From Microcoleus sp. (lineage in GTDB: Bacteria > Cyanobacteriota > Cyanobacteriia > Cyanobacteriales > Microcoleaceae), in NCBI GenBank assembly GCA_042408215.1, contig JAYFMW010000007.1, positions 241,797 to 305,796 of the forward strand: a stretch of 64,000 bases of DNA, in the 5' to 3' direction. Position 1 is the stretch's first letter; each line of letters opens with the position of its first letter. The notes beneath the pieces were generated by a model that saw nothing but the letters and a program-made list of their open reading frames with translations, did not search any database and was not told the DNA's origin. Below, one piece after another: positions 19,863-29,369 of the stretch. Made by a program: the position numbers and the translations under genes.

Positions 19863-20882
19863 CTAACCAGGAATCACCTGACTCAGCAAGTGAGCCTGAG
19901 AACCCTCAAGACGAGGCCCGTGAATTTGCACCACCCTAGAAGCCAATAAATGCCCCCAACGCGCTGCTTGCGCCGCACTCAAACCATTAGTAAGTCCAAA
20001 CAGAACACCGCCGGCAAAAGCATCACCAGCACCAACAGTATCAATTGCGTGTACGGGATATCCAGGTACTTCAACAATCTGTTTATTTTCCACCACCATG
20101 CAGCCTTTCGCCCCATTAGTGATAAAAGCCAAATCCGTAATTTCACTCATTTTCCGAGCACACTCTTCAAAAGATTCCTCCTGAAAAAAGCTCCGAACTT
20201 CATCAGAATTGCAAAAGATTACATCGCAATATTCCGAAACAACCTTGTGGAAATCATCAGCAAATCGATGGACCAAAAAGCAATCAGAAAAAGTAAAAGC
20301 AACCTTCACTCCCAAACGCTTAGACTGTTCCATCGTCTCAATACTAGCCTTCCTCGGATTCGGTGCATCCCAAAGATAGCCCTCAATATAACTGTACTTG
20401 CAATGACTCAGGCGATCGACATTAATATCCGTCACAGCCAGAGTAGTAGAAACCCCCAAATTAGTACACATCGTGCGTTCCGCATCAGGAGTAGTCAGCA
20501 CTACACAAGTACCCGTCGGCGCGTTAAATTCAGTTGCAGGATGTACGTTAAAATCAATCCCAGCCTCCAACAAGTCTTGCCGGTAGAATTCGCCATTAGT
20601 ATCCTTAGCAACCTTACCCGAATAATAAGCTTTACCGCCACTTTGGGCGACAGCAATCATCGTATTAGCAGCCGAACCCCCCGATCGCAGTTGCAGCGAA
20701 GTGTGCTCCAAATCGTGCAAAATCCCCCCCTGACTTTCCGAATCCATCAGCGTCATCCCGCCGCGATTCAGCCCGTGTTCGATCACAAACTCATCTTCCA
20801 CCAATGCTAAGATGTCTACAAGGGCATTGCCCACGCCGAACACATCCACAGAACCCGAATCTTTATTATTTTCCGTCATCAC
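19863..20882 (-). CDS. PfkB-family carbohydrate/adenosine kinase
   Basis: GNALVD, GGSAANT, DTVGAGDAF. Confidence 0.92.
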   Translation of the reverse strand: MMTENNKDSGSVDVFGVGNALVDILALVEDEFVIEHGLNRGGMTLMDSESQGGILHDLEHTSLQLRSGGSAANTMIAVAQSGGKAYYSGKVAKDTNGEFYRQDLLEAGIDFNVHPATEFNAPTGTCVVLTTPDAERTMCTNLGVSTTLAVTDINVDRLSHCKYSYIEGYLWDAPNPRKASIETMEQSKRLGVKVAFTFSDCFLVHRFADDFHKVVSEYCDVIFCNSDEVRSFFQEESFEECARKMSEITDLAFITNGAKGCMVVENKQIVEVPGYPVHAIDTVGAGDAFAGGVLFGLTNGLSAAQAARWGHLLASRVVQIHGPRLEGSQAHLLSQVIPG

Positions 20883-20966
20883 TGATTTTGGTTTAAACTA
20901 ATTATCAACTGTATATTATATCGGCTTCAATTCAACATCCAAAATCCAAAATACCAATAAAATCCG

Positions 20967-22532
20967 ATGAATGATGCTTCGCTACCTGATGTGATCCAGC
21001 AAATGTTGCAGCCTGGCTTCTACCCCCACAGGGTGACAGAACCCCTGCGGCTAATTCAGACTCATGCTTCTTTTGTCCTGCTGACAGGAGATTATGCTTA
21101 CAAAATCAAGAAGCCAGTCAATTTTGGCTTTTTGGACTACTCAACTTTAGAAAAACGACAGCATTTTTGTAACCAAGAATTGGTAATGAATCGGCGCACA
21201 GCACCGGAAATATATCTCGAAGTTTTGCCAATTATTCAACAAGGCGATCGTTTTAAATTAAGCAGCAATTCACCAGATATAAATTCTGAAAAAATTCCTG
21301 TAGAGTACACCCTAAAAATGCAAGAATTTTCTCAAGAATCGCTGTTTATCAGTTTGTTAGAACGGGGAAAGCTTACCGAGCAAATCATCGAAGAATTAGG
21401 GCGGGAAGTAGCCAAATTCCACAGCAGCACAATCAGTAACAACGACATTCGCAAATTTGGTGAAGTCAGCCAGATTCGCAAAGCAATAGATGAGAATTAC
21501 CTGATTTCGCAAAAATATATCGGCGGGCCGCAGACTCAGACACAATATCAGGAAACAAAAAATTACACAGACTGGTTTTTTGCCCAAAATCAAGAATTGT
21601 TCGATCGTCGCATAGCGAATCATAAAATTCGCGAGTGCCACGGAGATTTGCACTTGCGAAATATCGCATTATGGCAAGATAAAATCTTGCTATTTGATTG
21701 CATTGAATTTAACGAGCCTTTTCGGTTTGTTGATGTCATGTACGATGTTGCTTTTACAGTAATGGATTTGGAATCGCGGGGACGCAGAGAATTAGGAAAT
21801 GCTTTGATCAATACTTACATTGAACAAACAGGCGACTGGGAAGGATTGCAACTGCTGCCACTGTATTTGAGCCGCCAAGCTTATGTGAGAGCAAAAGTAA
21901 CTTCGTTGATGTTGGACGATGTGGCTATTTCAACTGCGGAAAAAGTAGAAATTTCACAGATAGCCGCTGATTATTATAAACTGGCTTGGGAATACACAAA
22001 ACCGCGTCGAGGAAAGTTAACTTTAATGTCGGGTTTGTCTGGTTCCGGTAAGAGTACATTAGCTCGATATTTGGCTCGCCGCACAGGTGCAATTCATATT
22101 CGTTCCGATGCTGTTCGGAAACATTTAGGCGGAATTCCTTTAAACTCACGCGGCGGACAAGATTTGTATTCGGATGAAATGACAGCCCAGACTTATTCTC
22201 GGTTATTAGAATTGGGGTTGATTCTAGCTGACAGAGGCTGGGATGTGATTTTAGATGCAAAGTTCGATCGCCAAAACTTGAGATCGACTCCTATTAATAC
22301 GGCTCAAGCCCGCAATTTACCTCTGCAAATAATTTACTGCACCGCACCAATCGAAGTATTGCGATCGCGCCTGCAACAGCGCCTGGGCGATATTGCGGAC
22401 GCCACAGCAGAACTATTGAGCAAGCAGCAAGCAGCATCTGAACCTTTTACAGAAGCCGAGCAAATTTATGTAAAAATTGTAGATACCGAGCAAGACTTAG
22501 AGGTACAATTAAAATCAATTTGTGGCGAATAG
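20967..22532 (+). CDS. Bifunctional aminoglycoside-phosphotransferase-like / AAA (gluconokinase-like) protein
   Basis: ECHGDLHLRNI, FDCIEF, C-terminal P-loop GLSGSGKST. Confidence 0.88.
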   Translation: MNDASLPDVIQQMLQPGFYPHRVTEPLRLIQTHASFVLLTGDYAYKIKKPVNFGFLDYSTLEKRQHFCNQELVMNRRTAPEIYLEVLPIIQQGDRFKLSSNSPDINSEKIPVEYTLKMQEFSQESLFISLLERGKLTEQIIEELGREVAKFHSSTISNNDIRKFGEVSQIRKAIDENYLISQKYIGGPQTQTQYQETKNYTDWFFAQNQELFDRRIANHKIRECHGDLHLRNIALWQDKILLFDCIEFNEPFRFVDVMYDVAFTVMDLESRGRRELGNALINTYIEQTGDWEGLQLLPLYLSRQAYVRAKVTSLMLDDVAISTAEKVEISQIAADYYKLAWEYTKPRRGKLTLMSGLSGSGKSTLARYLARRTGAIHIRSDAVRKHLGGIPLNSRGGQDLYSDEMTAQTYSRLLELGLILADRGWDVILDAKFDRQNLRSTPINTAQARNLPLQIIYCTAPIEVLRSRLQQRLGDIADATAELLSKQQAASEPFTEAEQIYVKIVDTEQDLEVQLKSICGE

Positions 22533-22618
22533 TTGCAGAGCGATCGCCCTGTCCCATTTAATTTGCTGCTAATCTTGTCAAGATCTTTATGTTCTCTTAG
22601 AAAAAGGACTTACATACC

Positions 22619-22942
22619 GTGGGAAAATTTACCGGAGACTCAAAGGGGGTAAACCCCGGCTTAATCGGGTTTGTGTTTTTTACCGTAGGCTTTCGGTTAA
22701 TAGGAACTACCCTGCCCCTAAGCCTGATCTTTGGCTTCCTCGGAGGCGCGGCAGTCGGTTTAGTAGTAGCTTGGTGGCACAACGAACTGTTACTCAACCC
22801 CAACAAACGTTCTAAGGACAAAGCCTCTGATGCTATTCTCAATAAAGAAGTAGTGGAAACAGACGGCAAATATGGCAAAAGTTACCCTCGTCAAGCTTCT
22901 ACATTGTTGGGCTGGCTGTCTGGTCCAGAGGATCGCCGCTAG
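22619..22942 (+). CDS. Hypothetical membrane protein
   Basis: Two hydrophobic segments; ORF fills the intergenic space. Confidence 0.6.
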   Translation: MGKFTGDSKGVNPGLIGFVFFTVGFRLIGTTLPLSLIFGFLGGAAVGLVVAWWHNELLLNPNKRSKDKASDAILNKEVVETDGKYGKSYPRQASTLLGWLSGPEDRR

Positions 22943-22944
22943 CT

Positions 22945-23398
22945 TTAGTCATTAGTCATTAGTCATTAGTCATTAGTCATTAGTCATTAGTTATTAGTCA
23001 TTAGTCATTAGTCATTAGTTATTAGTCATTGGTCATTGGTCATTGGTCATTGGTCATTGGTCATTGGTCATTGGTCATTGGGAATGGGGAATTCGTAATT
23101 CGTAATTCGTAATTCGTAATTAGTCATTAGTCATTAGTCATTAGTCATTAGTCATTAGTCATTAGTCATTGGTCATTGGTCATTGGTCATTGGTCATTGG
23201 TCATTGGTCATTGGTCATTGGGAATTCGTAATTCGTAATTCGTAATTCGTAATTCGTAATTCGTAATTCGTAATTAGTCATTAGTCATTAGTCATTAGTC
23301 ATTAGTCATTAGTCATTAGTCATTAGTTAACTGTTAACAGTCATTAGTTAACAGTTAACTGTCACCAATGCCCAATTCCCAATTCCCAATTCCCAATT
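22945..23398. repeat. Long STRR heptamer array (TCATTAG, TCATTGG, AATTCGT, CCCAATT)
   Basis: Seen directly, ~450 bp. Confidence 0.95.
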
Positions 23399-23400
23399 GA

Positions 23401-24195
23401 ATGTTTCTATTTTTGTCGAAGCTGCTGCCGCTGTTTATTTATCCTTTGGGCTTGAGTTGCTTGTTAATGGTGGCGGCCTTAATCACAGTGTGGAAGCGTC
23501 CTCAATGGGTGGCGCTGCCAATTGCTACTGCTCTAATTATTTTACTGTTAGGCAGTAGCGGTTGGGTGTCAAAATCCTTAGTCCGATCGCTCGAATGGCA
23601 AAATCTACCGCCCGCTCAATTCCCCGAAGCTGAAGCTATTATCGTCTTGGGCGGTGGTGTCAAATCAGCTTTGCCTCCCCGAAGTTGGGTAGAATTAGGG
23701 GAAGCGGGCGATCGCATTATCTATGCTTCCCGACTGTATCGTCAAGGCAAAGCTCCCCTGCTCATTCTCAGCGGCGGTAGAGTAGACTGGAGAGGTGGTG
23801 GCACTCCCGAATCAGCAGACATGGCAGAAATTGCCCAAACTGTCGGCGTACCTGCATCAGCAATTCTCCAAGATCCCGATTCAAACAACACCTATCAAAA
23901 TGCCGTCAATGTGCGGAAAATCCTAGATGCTAAAAATATAAAAGGGCCTGTATTGCTAGTAACATCGGCGATGCACATGACTCGATCGCTCTTAATCTTC
24001 CAGCGTCAGGGAATCAAAGCAATTGCCGCCCCCACAGACTTTCAGATCACCCAACAGGATATCGCAGCATCCCAAAGCAATTGGCAAGCAGCAGCCCTAG
24101 ATTTTTTGCCGGATACCTATCAGTTAAACCAGTCAACCAAAGCCTTAAAAGAATACATCGGCTTAATCGTATATCGCCTGCGGGGATGGCTTTAA
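23401..24195 (+). CDS. YdcF/DUF218 family protein
   Basis: IIVLGGG, LILSGG, NTYQNA, LLVTSAMHM, KEYIG. Confidence 0.9.
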   Translation: MFLFLSKLLPLFIYPLGLSCLLMVAALITVWKRPQWVALPIATALIILLLGSSGWVSKSLVRSLEWQNLPPAQFPEAEAIIVLGGGVKSALPPRSWVELGEAGDRIIYASRLYRQGKAPLLILSGGRVDWRGGGTPESADMAEIAQTVGVPASAILQDPDSNNTYQNAVNVRKILDAKNIKGPVLLVTSAMHMTRSLLIFQRQGIKAIAAPTDFQITQQDIAASQSNWQAAALDFLPDTYQLNQSTKALKEYIGLIVYRLRGWL

Positions 24196-24213
24196 ATTAA
24201 CGGCTTATAACTA

Positions 24214-24975
24214 ATGAATGCTCATGTTTTTGATTGGGAAATACCCCCAAATGACCTAATATTTAATAGCGATGAAGTTCATGTTTGGCGCGTCGATCTG
24301 TCGATGACAGCATCTTGCCTGCAAAGCTTGCAGGAGACTCTCTATACTGATGAACTCAAAAGAGCAGAGCGTTTTTACTTTCAGAATGACAGAGCGCATT
24401 TTATCGCAGCTCGCGGTGTTCTCAGGACAATTTTGGGACGCTATCTAAATAGAAATCCTGACGAACTGCGGTTTAGCTACAACCACTACGGAAAACCATC
24501 TTTAGTTACCGCAGGCTCTGAAGATAAACTTTGCTTCAATTTGTCTCACTCTTACGGAATTGCTCTCATCGGTGTTACGCAAAATCGAGAAGTCGGCATT
24601 GATATTGAACGCATTCGTAAAGATTTTTCCTACCAGCAGATAGCCGAAAGTTTTTTTTCGCCTTTTGAAAATGCCGTATTGCGATCGCTCCCCGTGCATC
24701 TCCAAGAAAAGGCTTTTTTCACCGGCTGGACTCGCAAAGAAGCCTATATCAAAGCAGTCGGGAAAGGACTTTCTATTCCGCTTAATAAGTTTGATGTCAC
24801 CCTGGCTCCAGGAGAACCAGCAGCGCTATTAAACTTTCAAGAAAACCCCCAAGAAGTATCCAGGTGGACTCTGATTGAATTAATCCCTGGTTCAGATATG
24901 GTAGCAACTCTTGCCGTTGAGGGCGATCGCTGCAAAGTTCTCTGCTGGCAATTCTTGAAGAGAGGGGGAAAGTAG
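24214..24975 (+). CDS. Sfp/HetI-type 4'-phosphopantetheinyl transferase
   Basis: GKP, FNLSHS, VGIDIE, WTRKEAYIKA. Confidence 0.93.
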   Translation: MNAHVFDWEIPPNDLIFNSDEVHVWRVDLSMTASCLQSLQETLYTDELKRAERFYFQNDRAHFIAARGVLRTILGRYLNRNPDELRFSYNHYGKPSLVTAGSEDKLCFNLSHSYGIALIGVTQNREVGIDIERIRKDFSYQQIAESFFSPFENAVLRSLPVHLQEKAFFTGWTRKEAYIKAVGKGLSIPLNKFDVTLAPGEPAALLNFQENPQEVSRWTLIELIPGSDMVATLAVEGDRCKVLCWQFLKRGGK

Positions 24976-25074
24976 GAGACACACAGTTAAATTAATCCGT
25001 GTATCCCAGTCAAAATCCCTGTGTTATATTAAACTAATTACAGCCAATATTTGCCCTAGTCGCCCCAAACAATT

Positions 25075-25305
25075 ATGTTGCCCCACGAGTTGCAAAACGT
25101 CCCAGAACCGACTCCAACGGCCGAAATTTTCCAACAGCACCAAATTGTCCGCGAGTTTTACGACGAAATTAAGTACCGCCAAGAATTTGAACTTTATTGC
25201 CAGTGGTATTATGCTACAGCGCAACAGCATCAACAGGAATTGCAGAAAATGCAGGGAGATTTTAACATTTTCGGTTGGTTCTGTCGGAGCAGGCATAAAA
25301 ATTAA
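25075..25305 (+). CDS. Conserved cyanobacterial hypothetical protein
   Basis: EF(Y)..EFELYCQWYYATAQQHQQEL pattern. Confidence 0.65.
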   Translation: MLPHELQNVPEPTPTAEIFQQHQIVREFYDEIKYRQEFELYCQWYYATAQQHQQELQKMQGDFNIFGWFCRSRHKN

Positions 25306-25365
25306 GAATTCCAACAGAATCCCTACCTAGAATCTCCGATTTAGGTAGGGAGAGCCATCCAACAG

Positions 25366-25599
25366 CTAGACTTCAGAAGACACCAATTCAACCTCATCTT
25401 CTTTAAGATGAGCTTTAAATTTTTTGTCAAACTGTACTAGAATCGGCCAATTGGCACTGACAGGTCTGCCCTGCCATTCGTGAACGATCGCCACCACTTC
25501 TCCTTCCATATCCTTGACATCAAATGGTTGATTGCGATTTTGAGGATGGTGGTAGACAACAACAGATTTTTTAATGCAAACGCGATCGCCAACTTTCAT
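25366..25599 (-). CDS. ftrV: Ferredoxin-thioredoxin reductase variable chain
   Basis: MKVGDRV..SVVVYHHP...WQGRPVSANWP..V.F..KFKAHL; true ATG at 25599 (the upstream ORF extension is IS sequence). Confidence 0.9.
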   Translation of the reverse strand: MKVGDRVCIKKSVVVYHHPQNRNQPFDVKDMEGEVVAIVHEWQGRPVSANWPILVQFDKKFKAHLKEDEVELVSSEV

Positions 25600-26003
25600 C
25601 AGAAAAATGGGTTTGAAACCCCGTCCTTTTAGGACGGCTTTACATTTCTTGCCACTACCGCCTTGGAACTGCAAGAGTTCGGTGTACCTTTGTATTGCAC
25701 TTTCAACGGGACAGTTACCGTTTCAAATCTTGCAGCCCTGTACGCATAGTGTTTTGCTACTAAGTAGCCTCCCTTGCGGGGTAATGTTAGCTTCGACCTG
25801 TTACAAGAGCTTGTCGTTGCTCGCAGCACTGTCTCAGTGACCTTAAGACTGTTTAACTACTAGCGACAGAGCTCTTGACTAGCTTCGCATCCACAGGGTG
25901 TCGTGACTCAAGTAACGGCTACCTATTTGCTAGGTGGTCTGGTCAGAATGGCTTGGGTTGATTTCTCTTTCAAGCCTCATGCCTTTAGGCTGAGGTTCCT
26001 GAC
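25600..26003 (-). mobile_element. Internally deleted IS200/IS605 element of the IscB/IsrB type
   Basis: IS605-type left-end hairpin at ~25610-25640, right-end hairpin cctca..gcctttaggc..tgagg ending TGAC; only ~120 nt of ORF remnant after ATG 25747. Confidence 0.8.
25750..26003 (-). ncRNA. HEARO / omegaRNA scaffold (IscB/IsrB-type guide RNA)
   Basis: Minus strand reads GTCAGGAACC..GACCAGAC..CGTT..GACACC..GGATGC..CTAGT..CTCTGTC..TTAAAC..CAGTG..AAGC..GTCGAAGCTAACATTAC, matching HEARO motif order as I recall it. Confidence 0.75.
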
Positions 26004-26174
26004 CAAAAATTTCCGGGAGTATCGTTGACAGATTCAAATGTAGTGTTCTCTCTTCACAACTCTGCAAAGCTTACAACTGCAAAACACCTGCACACTTTGA
26101 GGACAGTATTTTTATCTTCCCACACAACTAGACTATTATATCCCCGACTTCTTTAAGAATTCGGGGATCTGGGT

Positions 26175-26587
26175 TTGACACTCTCCGGGAATCAACGCCA
26201 CGGAGATTCTTAAGACCACAATTTGAGTCTTAAAGGCGCTGTCAAATCACCTCTACACGCTCGAAACAACTACTGGTACGAGAAGTATTGCAGTTGCGCT
26301 TACTTTTGTTTTTAGATTGCTTTCTGAGTCCACCAATAATCCAGTTAGGTACGCTCAACGATTCACTATTACGTGTTTGGACAGGCTCGGCATTGCCGAG
26401 TAGCGATCCAACCCAGGAGTCTCACCTTTTGATATCGTTTCAACACGTAGATGGTTGTTCTTACTTGCTGTTCTAAATTCTCAGCTATTTAGCACAAGAT
26501 ATTTGATATTGCAACAAAGTTTTACAATTAAAGCCGTCCTATAAGGACGGGGCTTCAACCCTGCGCTTCGCTCCGCCCATTTTGTTG
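26175..26587 (-). mobile_element. Non-autonomous IS200/IS605 (TnpB-type) element with no intact ORF
   Basis: Left end gggttgaagccccgtcc-ttata-ggacgg after TCAC; right end gaatctccg..cggagagtgtcaa; 3' part translates to a TnpB-like tail (GDLTAPLRLKLWS). Confidence 0.8.
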
Positions 26588-26612
26588 GTGATGTTTTTTG
26601 AGGTTGGTCTAC

Positions 26613-29369
26613 TTAACTTAACTGATTCAACCAACACTCAACATCAACAGCGAGAGTTTGACCCAACTCCAGCAACTGTTGAATTGCGGGCAACGAAGAG
26701 CCACTGTCCGAGTCAACGATCGCGACTGCGCCAGCCTGGTCGATCGCACCGTTTGTCGTCGAACCAGCTTGTCGTTGCAGCCAGCCCAAACACAGAGGCA
26801 CAATTTGACTGTGCATCGAATCAAAATACAGTTCCTGCGATCGATCCAAACACAAGCCCAGACTCAGCCGATGACCCACCGCAATCAAACGCTCGATGGT
26901 GCTGATATTGGTTGCTAAGGATCCAGGCGATCGCCCTGTTACATCGGTATCCTCAAGCAGCAGAGTGTTGAGATAGCGCCAAACCAGCCTCTCCAAAATT
27001 TGCTTAACTTCAGGGACATTCAGCCGGGTGCGGAGGAGGCCAGCTTCAGTAGCAATTGCCTCAATTTCCGCCACCAAGGACTCCCTGTCAGCGGTTTCCT
27101 GTTCCAAAGCCTTCGCGACTGTCAAACAGCGGTGTCCCAAGGCCACCTCAGCCGCCACCTGCAATTCCACGGGCACTGCTAAGTCATCGCGGTGGAAGGC
27201 CATCATCACGCCGTAATTTTCCCGGTAAACCTGGGTGTAAAGCTGATCCAACCTGGTCAAATTTTCCTGACTCAACAACTGCACGATCCGGTGGCGTTCT
27301 TCTGCAAACAAATCCCGCAAGCTAAAGGACTGGTCTCCAAACAGACGAACCATTTCCAGAATTGCGTGGGCGGCGGAAGCTTCTTGCAAGACTCCAAACA
27401 GCCGTTCTTTCAGCATTGTGTAAGACCGGCGGCTGCCAAAAGGTTGAATGCAGCAGTGGAAGTCCCAGCCGCCGAGGTGGAATGCTGCAAAGACAAATGT
27501 TTCTGTTTCTTGTGTGATGTTGGATGTTAATTGCAATTGACCTACGGCTAGTGTCATGGAACCCATGCGCTGTGTCTGGAAATCTAGCTGCTGGGTCTGA
27601 TAGCAGTAAATTTGCTCGAACCGGGGATATTTGGCAAACAGGGAACTAATTGCGTAGTGGGCTGCTACTTCTCGGAGACTAATTTGGGCTGTTGATACCA
27701 TTTGGCGGTAAACTTCGGCTCCTGTTTTGAAACTCTCAACGTTGCTGGGTACTAGGGAAAGTCGTTCGATTAATTCTTTTTCTAGGTGCACACCGGTGAC
27801 TTCCCCGGCTAATTCCACAGCACGGGCTGCGTAGCGCAATATCTGCACGCCTTCGGGGCGAGATATTTCTTCAAAAAACCAGCCGCAGCTAGTGAACATC
27901 AAGAGTGCGTGGCGCTGCATTTCTAGGAGGCGCAATGCGTCTATCTGTTCTGTTTTGTCCAGTATGCGAACTTGATGTTTCGATAGGAATTTGTCTACGT
28001 TGGCCTGGGTGCGATCGCCGATGACTTCTATATATTCATCTCGCGCCGCCCAAGGATCGCCAAACAACTTGCGCCCGGCTTCTTCATAAATTGGAATCAG
28101 TTGATCCCGCAGCCAATTCAGGGTATCCCGCAGTGGCCTGCGCCATTTGAGGTGCCATCCTCCGCCGCCTCCGCAGCCGCAATCATCCTGCCATCGATCG
28201 ACTCCGTGGGAGCAACTCCAAGCTGTGACTGGTTTGAGTTCGACTTCCCAGGTGCTGGGATTTTGACTTAAATAATGAGCAAAATTCGTCACCGTCCAGC
28301 CGCGGCGGGGAAACTCTTCTGTGAAGGCATAGGCGAGGCATTTTTCGGTGCTGTGTTTGTGGTGTCCGAAGGTTTCGCCGTCGGTGGCCACGGAGATTAT
28401 TTGGGCGGGTCTGTGGTCTCCTCGCACTGCTTGACCCAAACGCTGTGCGAAGTGGTGGCTGTTGCTGAGAACGTCGTTGAATCCCATGTCTCGTGAGATG
28501 GGGCCGTCGTAGAAGAAGATGTCGATGTAGGGGGTGTTGGCGGTTGTGGCTGGGGAATTGTGGTGGTGACTGCGGCTCAAGTGGTGACTGCTCAGCGGTG
28601 AGAGTTGGTGGGTATTCATCAACTGCTTTTCTGGTTTTAAATAGCAGCGGTATGGGCGTGTCGGATCGATTTGACCGCCGCCGACTTCATGCCATTGGGG
28701 ATCGGCTTTTTCTGCGCCGGGTAGTTGGCGGCTGCGTTGGGCTTGGGAGGGGGCTAGGACTATGAATTTTATGCCTTCGGCTACTAAGACTTCGAGGGTG
28801 GGGTAGTCTACGGCGGTTTCGGCGAGCCACATTCCTTCGGGTGTGCGATCGAACCGGGTGCGGAAATCTGCGATTCCCCAGCGAATTTGGGTGTATTTGT
28901 CTTGTGTATTGGCGAGGGGCAGGATGATGTGATTGTATACTTGGGCGATCGCGTTGCCGTGACCGTTGAGTCTTTGACAGCTTTTGCGATCGGCTTCGAC
29001 GATCCGCTGGTAGACTTCTTTGTCGTAGCGTTCCAGCCAACTCATCAAAGTCGGGCCGATGTTGAAACTGAGATATTCGTAGTTATTCACGATCCCTGTG
29101 ACTTCTCCGCGATCGTTCAAGATGCGGGCGAATGCGTTGGGTCGATAGCATTCGTGATATATGCGTTCGTTCCAGTCGTGGGCGGGTGTGGCGCTAGCTT
29201 GGCGCTCGATCGCGTCTAGGTAAGGGTTTTCGCGCGGGGGCTGGTAGAAGTGACCATGAACCGTCACGCACACTCCTGTTGCTGTAGCCGGACTGATGTG
29301 GCTTGCAGCCGTTACGGTTGGCGCTGACATTGGGTGCTGAGCAGATTTATTTTGAGATAGCATAACCAT
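26613..29369 (-). CDS. Glycoside hydrolase family 57 / DUF3536 domain protein
   Basis: HGHFYQPPRENP, GMWLAETA, ATDGETFGHH, MFTSCGWFF. Confidence 0.92.
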   Translation of the reverse strand: MVMLSQNKSAQHPMSAPTVTAASHISPATATGVCVTVHGHFYQPPRENPYLDAIERQASATPAHDWNERIYHECYRPNAFARILNDRGEVTGIVNNYEYLSFNIGPTLMSWLERYDKEVYQRIVEADRKSCQRLNGHGNAIAQVYNHIILPLANTQDKYTQIRWGIADFRTRFDRTPEGMWLAETAVDYPTLEVLVAEGIKFIVLAPSQAQRSRQLPGAEKADPQWHEVGGGQIDPTRPYRCYLKPEKQLMNTHQLSPLSSHHLSRSHHHNSPATTANTPYIDIFFYDGPISRDMGFNDVLSNSHHFAQRLGQAVRGDHRPAQIISVATDGETFGHHKHSTEKCLAYAFTEEFPRRGWTVTNFAHYLSQNPSTWEVELKPVTAWSCSHGVDRWQDDCGCGGGGGWHLKWRRPLRDTLNWLRDQLIPIYEEAGRKLFGDPWAARDEYIEVIGDRTQANVDKFLSKHQVRILDKTEQIDALRLLEMQRHALLMFTSCGWFFEEISRPEGVQILRYAARAVELAGEVTGVHLEKELIERLSLVPSNVESFKTGAEVYRQMVSTAQISLREVAAHYAISSLFAKYPRFEQIYCYQTQQLDFQTQRMGSMTLAVGQLQLTSNITQETETFVFAAFHLGGWDFHCCIQPFGSRRSYTMLKERLFGVLQEASAAHAILEMVRLFGDQSFSLRDLFAEERHRIVQLLSQENLTRLDQLYTQVYRENYGVMMAFHRDDLAVPVELQVAAEVALGHRCLTVAKALEQETADRESLVAEIEAIATEAGLLRTRLNVPEVKQILERLVWRYLNTLLLEDTDVTGRSPGSLATNISTIERLIAVGHRLSLGLCLDRSQELYFDSMHSQIVPLCLGWLQRQAGSTTNGAIDQAGAVAIVDSDSGSSLPAIQQLLELGQTLAVDVECWLNQLS

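Noticed and set aside
19950..20810. 286-aa plus-strand ORF
   Set aside because: Antisense shadow of the PfkB kinase with no motifs
22945..23398. Possible CRISPR array
   Set aside because: Heptamer tandem repeats with no unique spacers; no cas genes or repeat-spacer arrays were seen anywhere in the window
25600..25674. N-terminal extension of FtrV in the ORF track
   Set aside because: It is the translated IS left end; the family start is MKVGDRV at 25599
25629..25829. 66-aa ORF as a real gene
   Set aside because: It overlaps the omegaRNA and the deleted iscB remnant
26175..26587. IStron / group I intron
   Set aside because: I could not identify P3/P7 core motifs, the 3' end is TCAA rather than omega-G, and the element is intergenic
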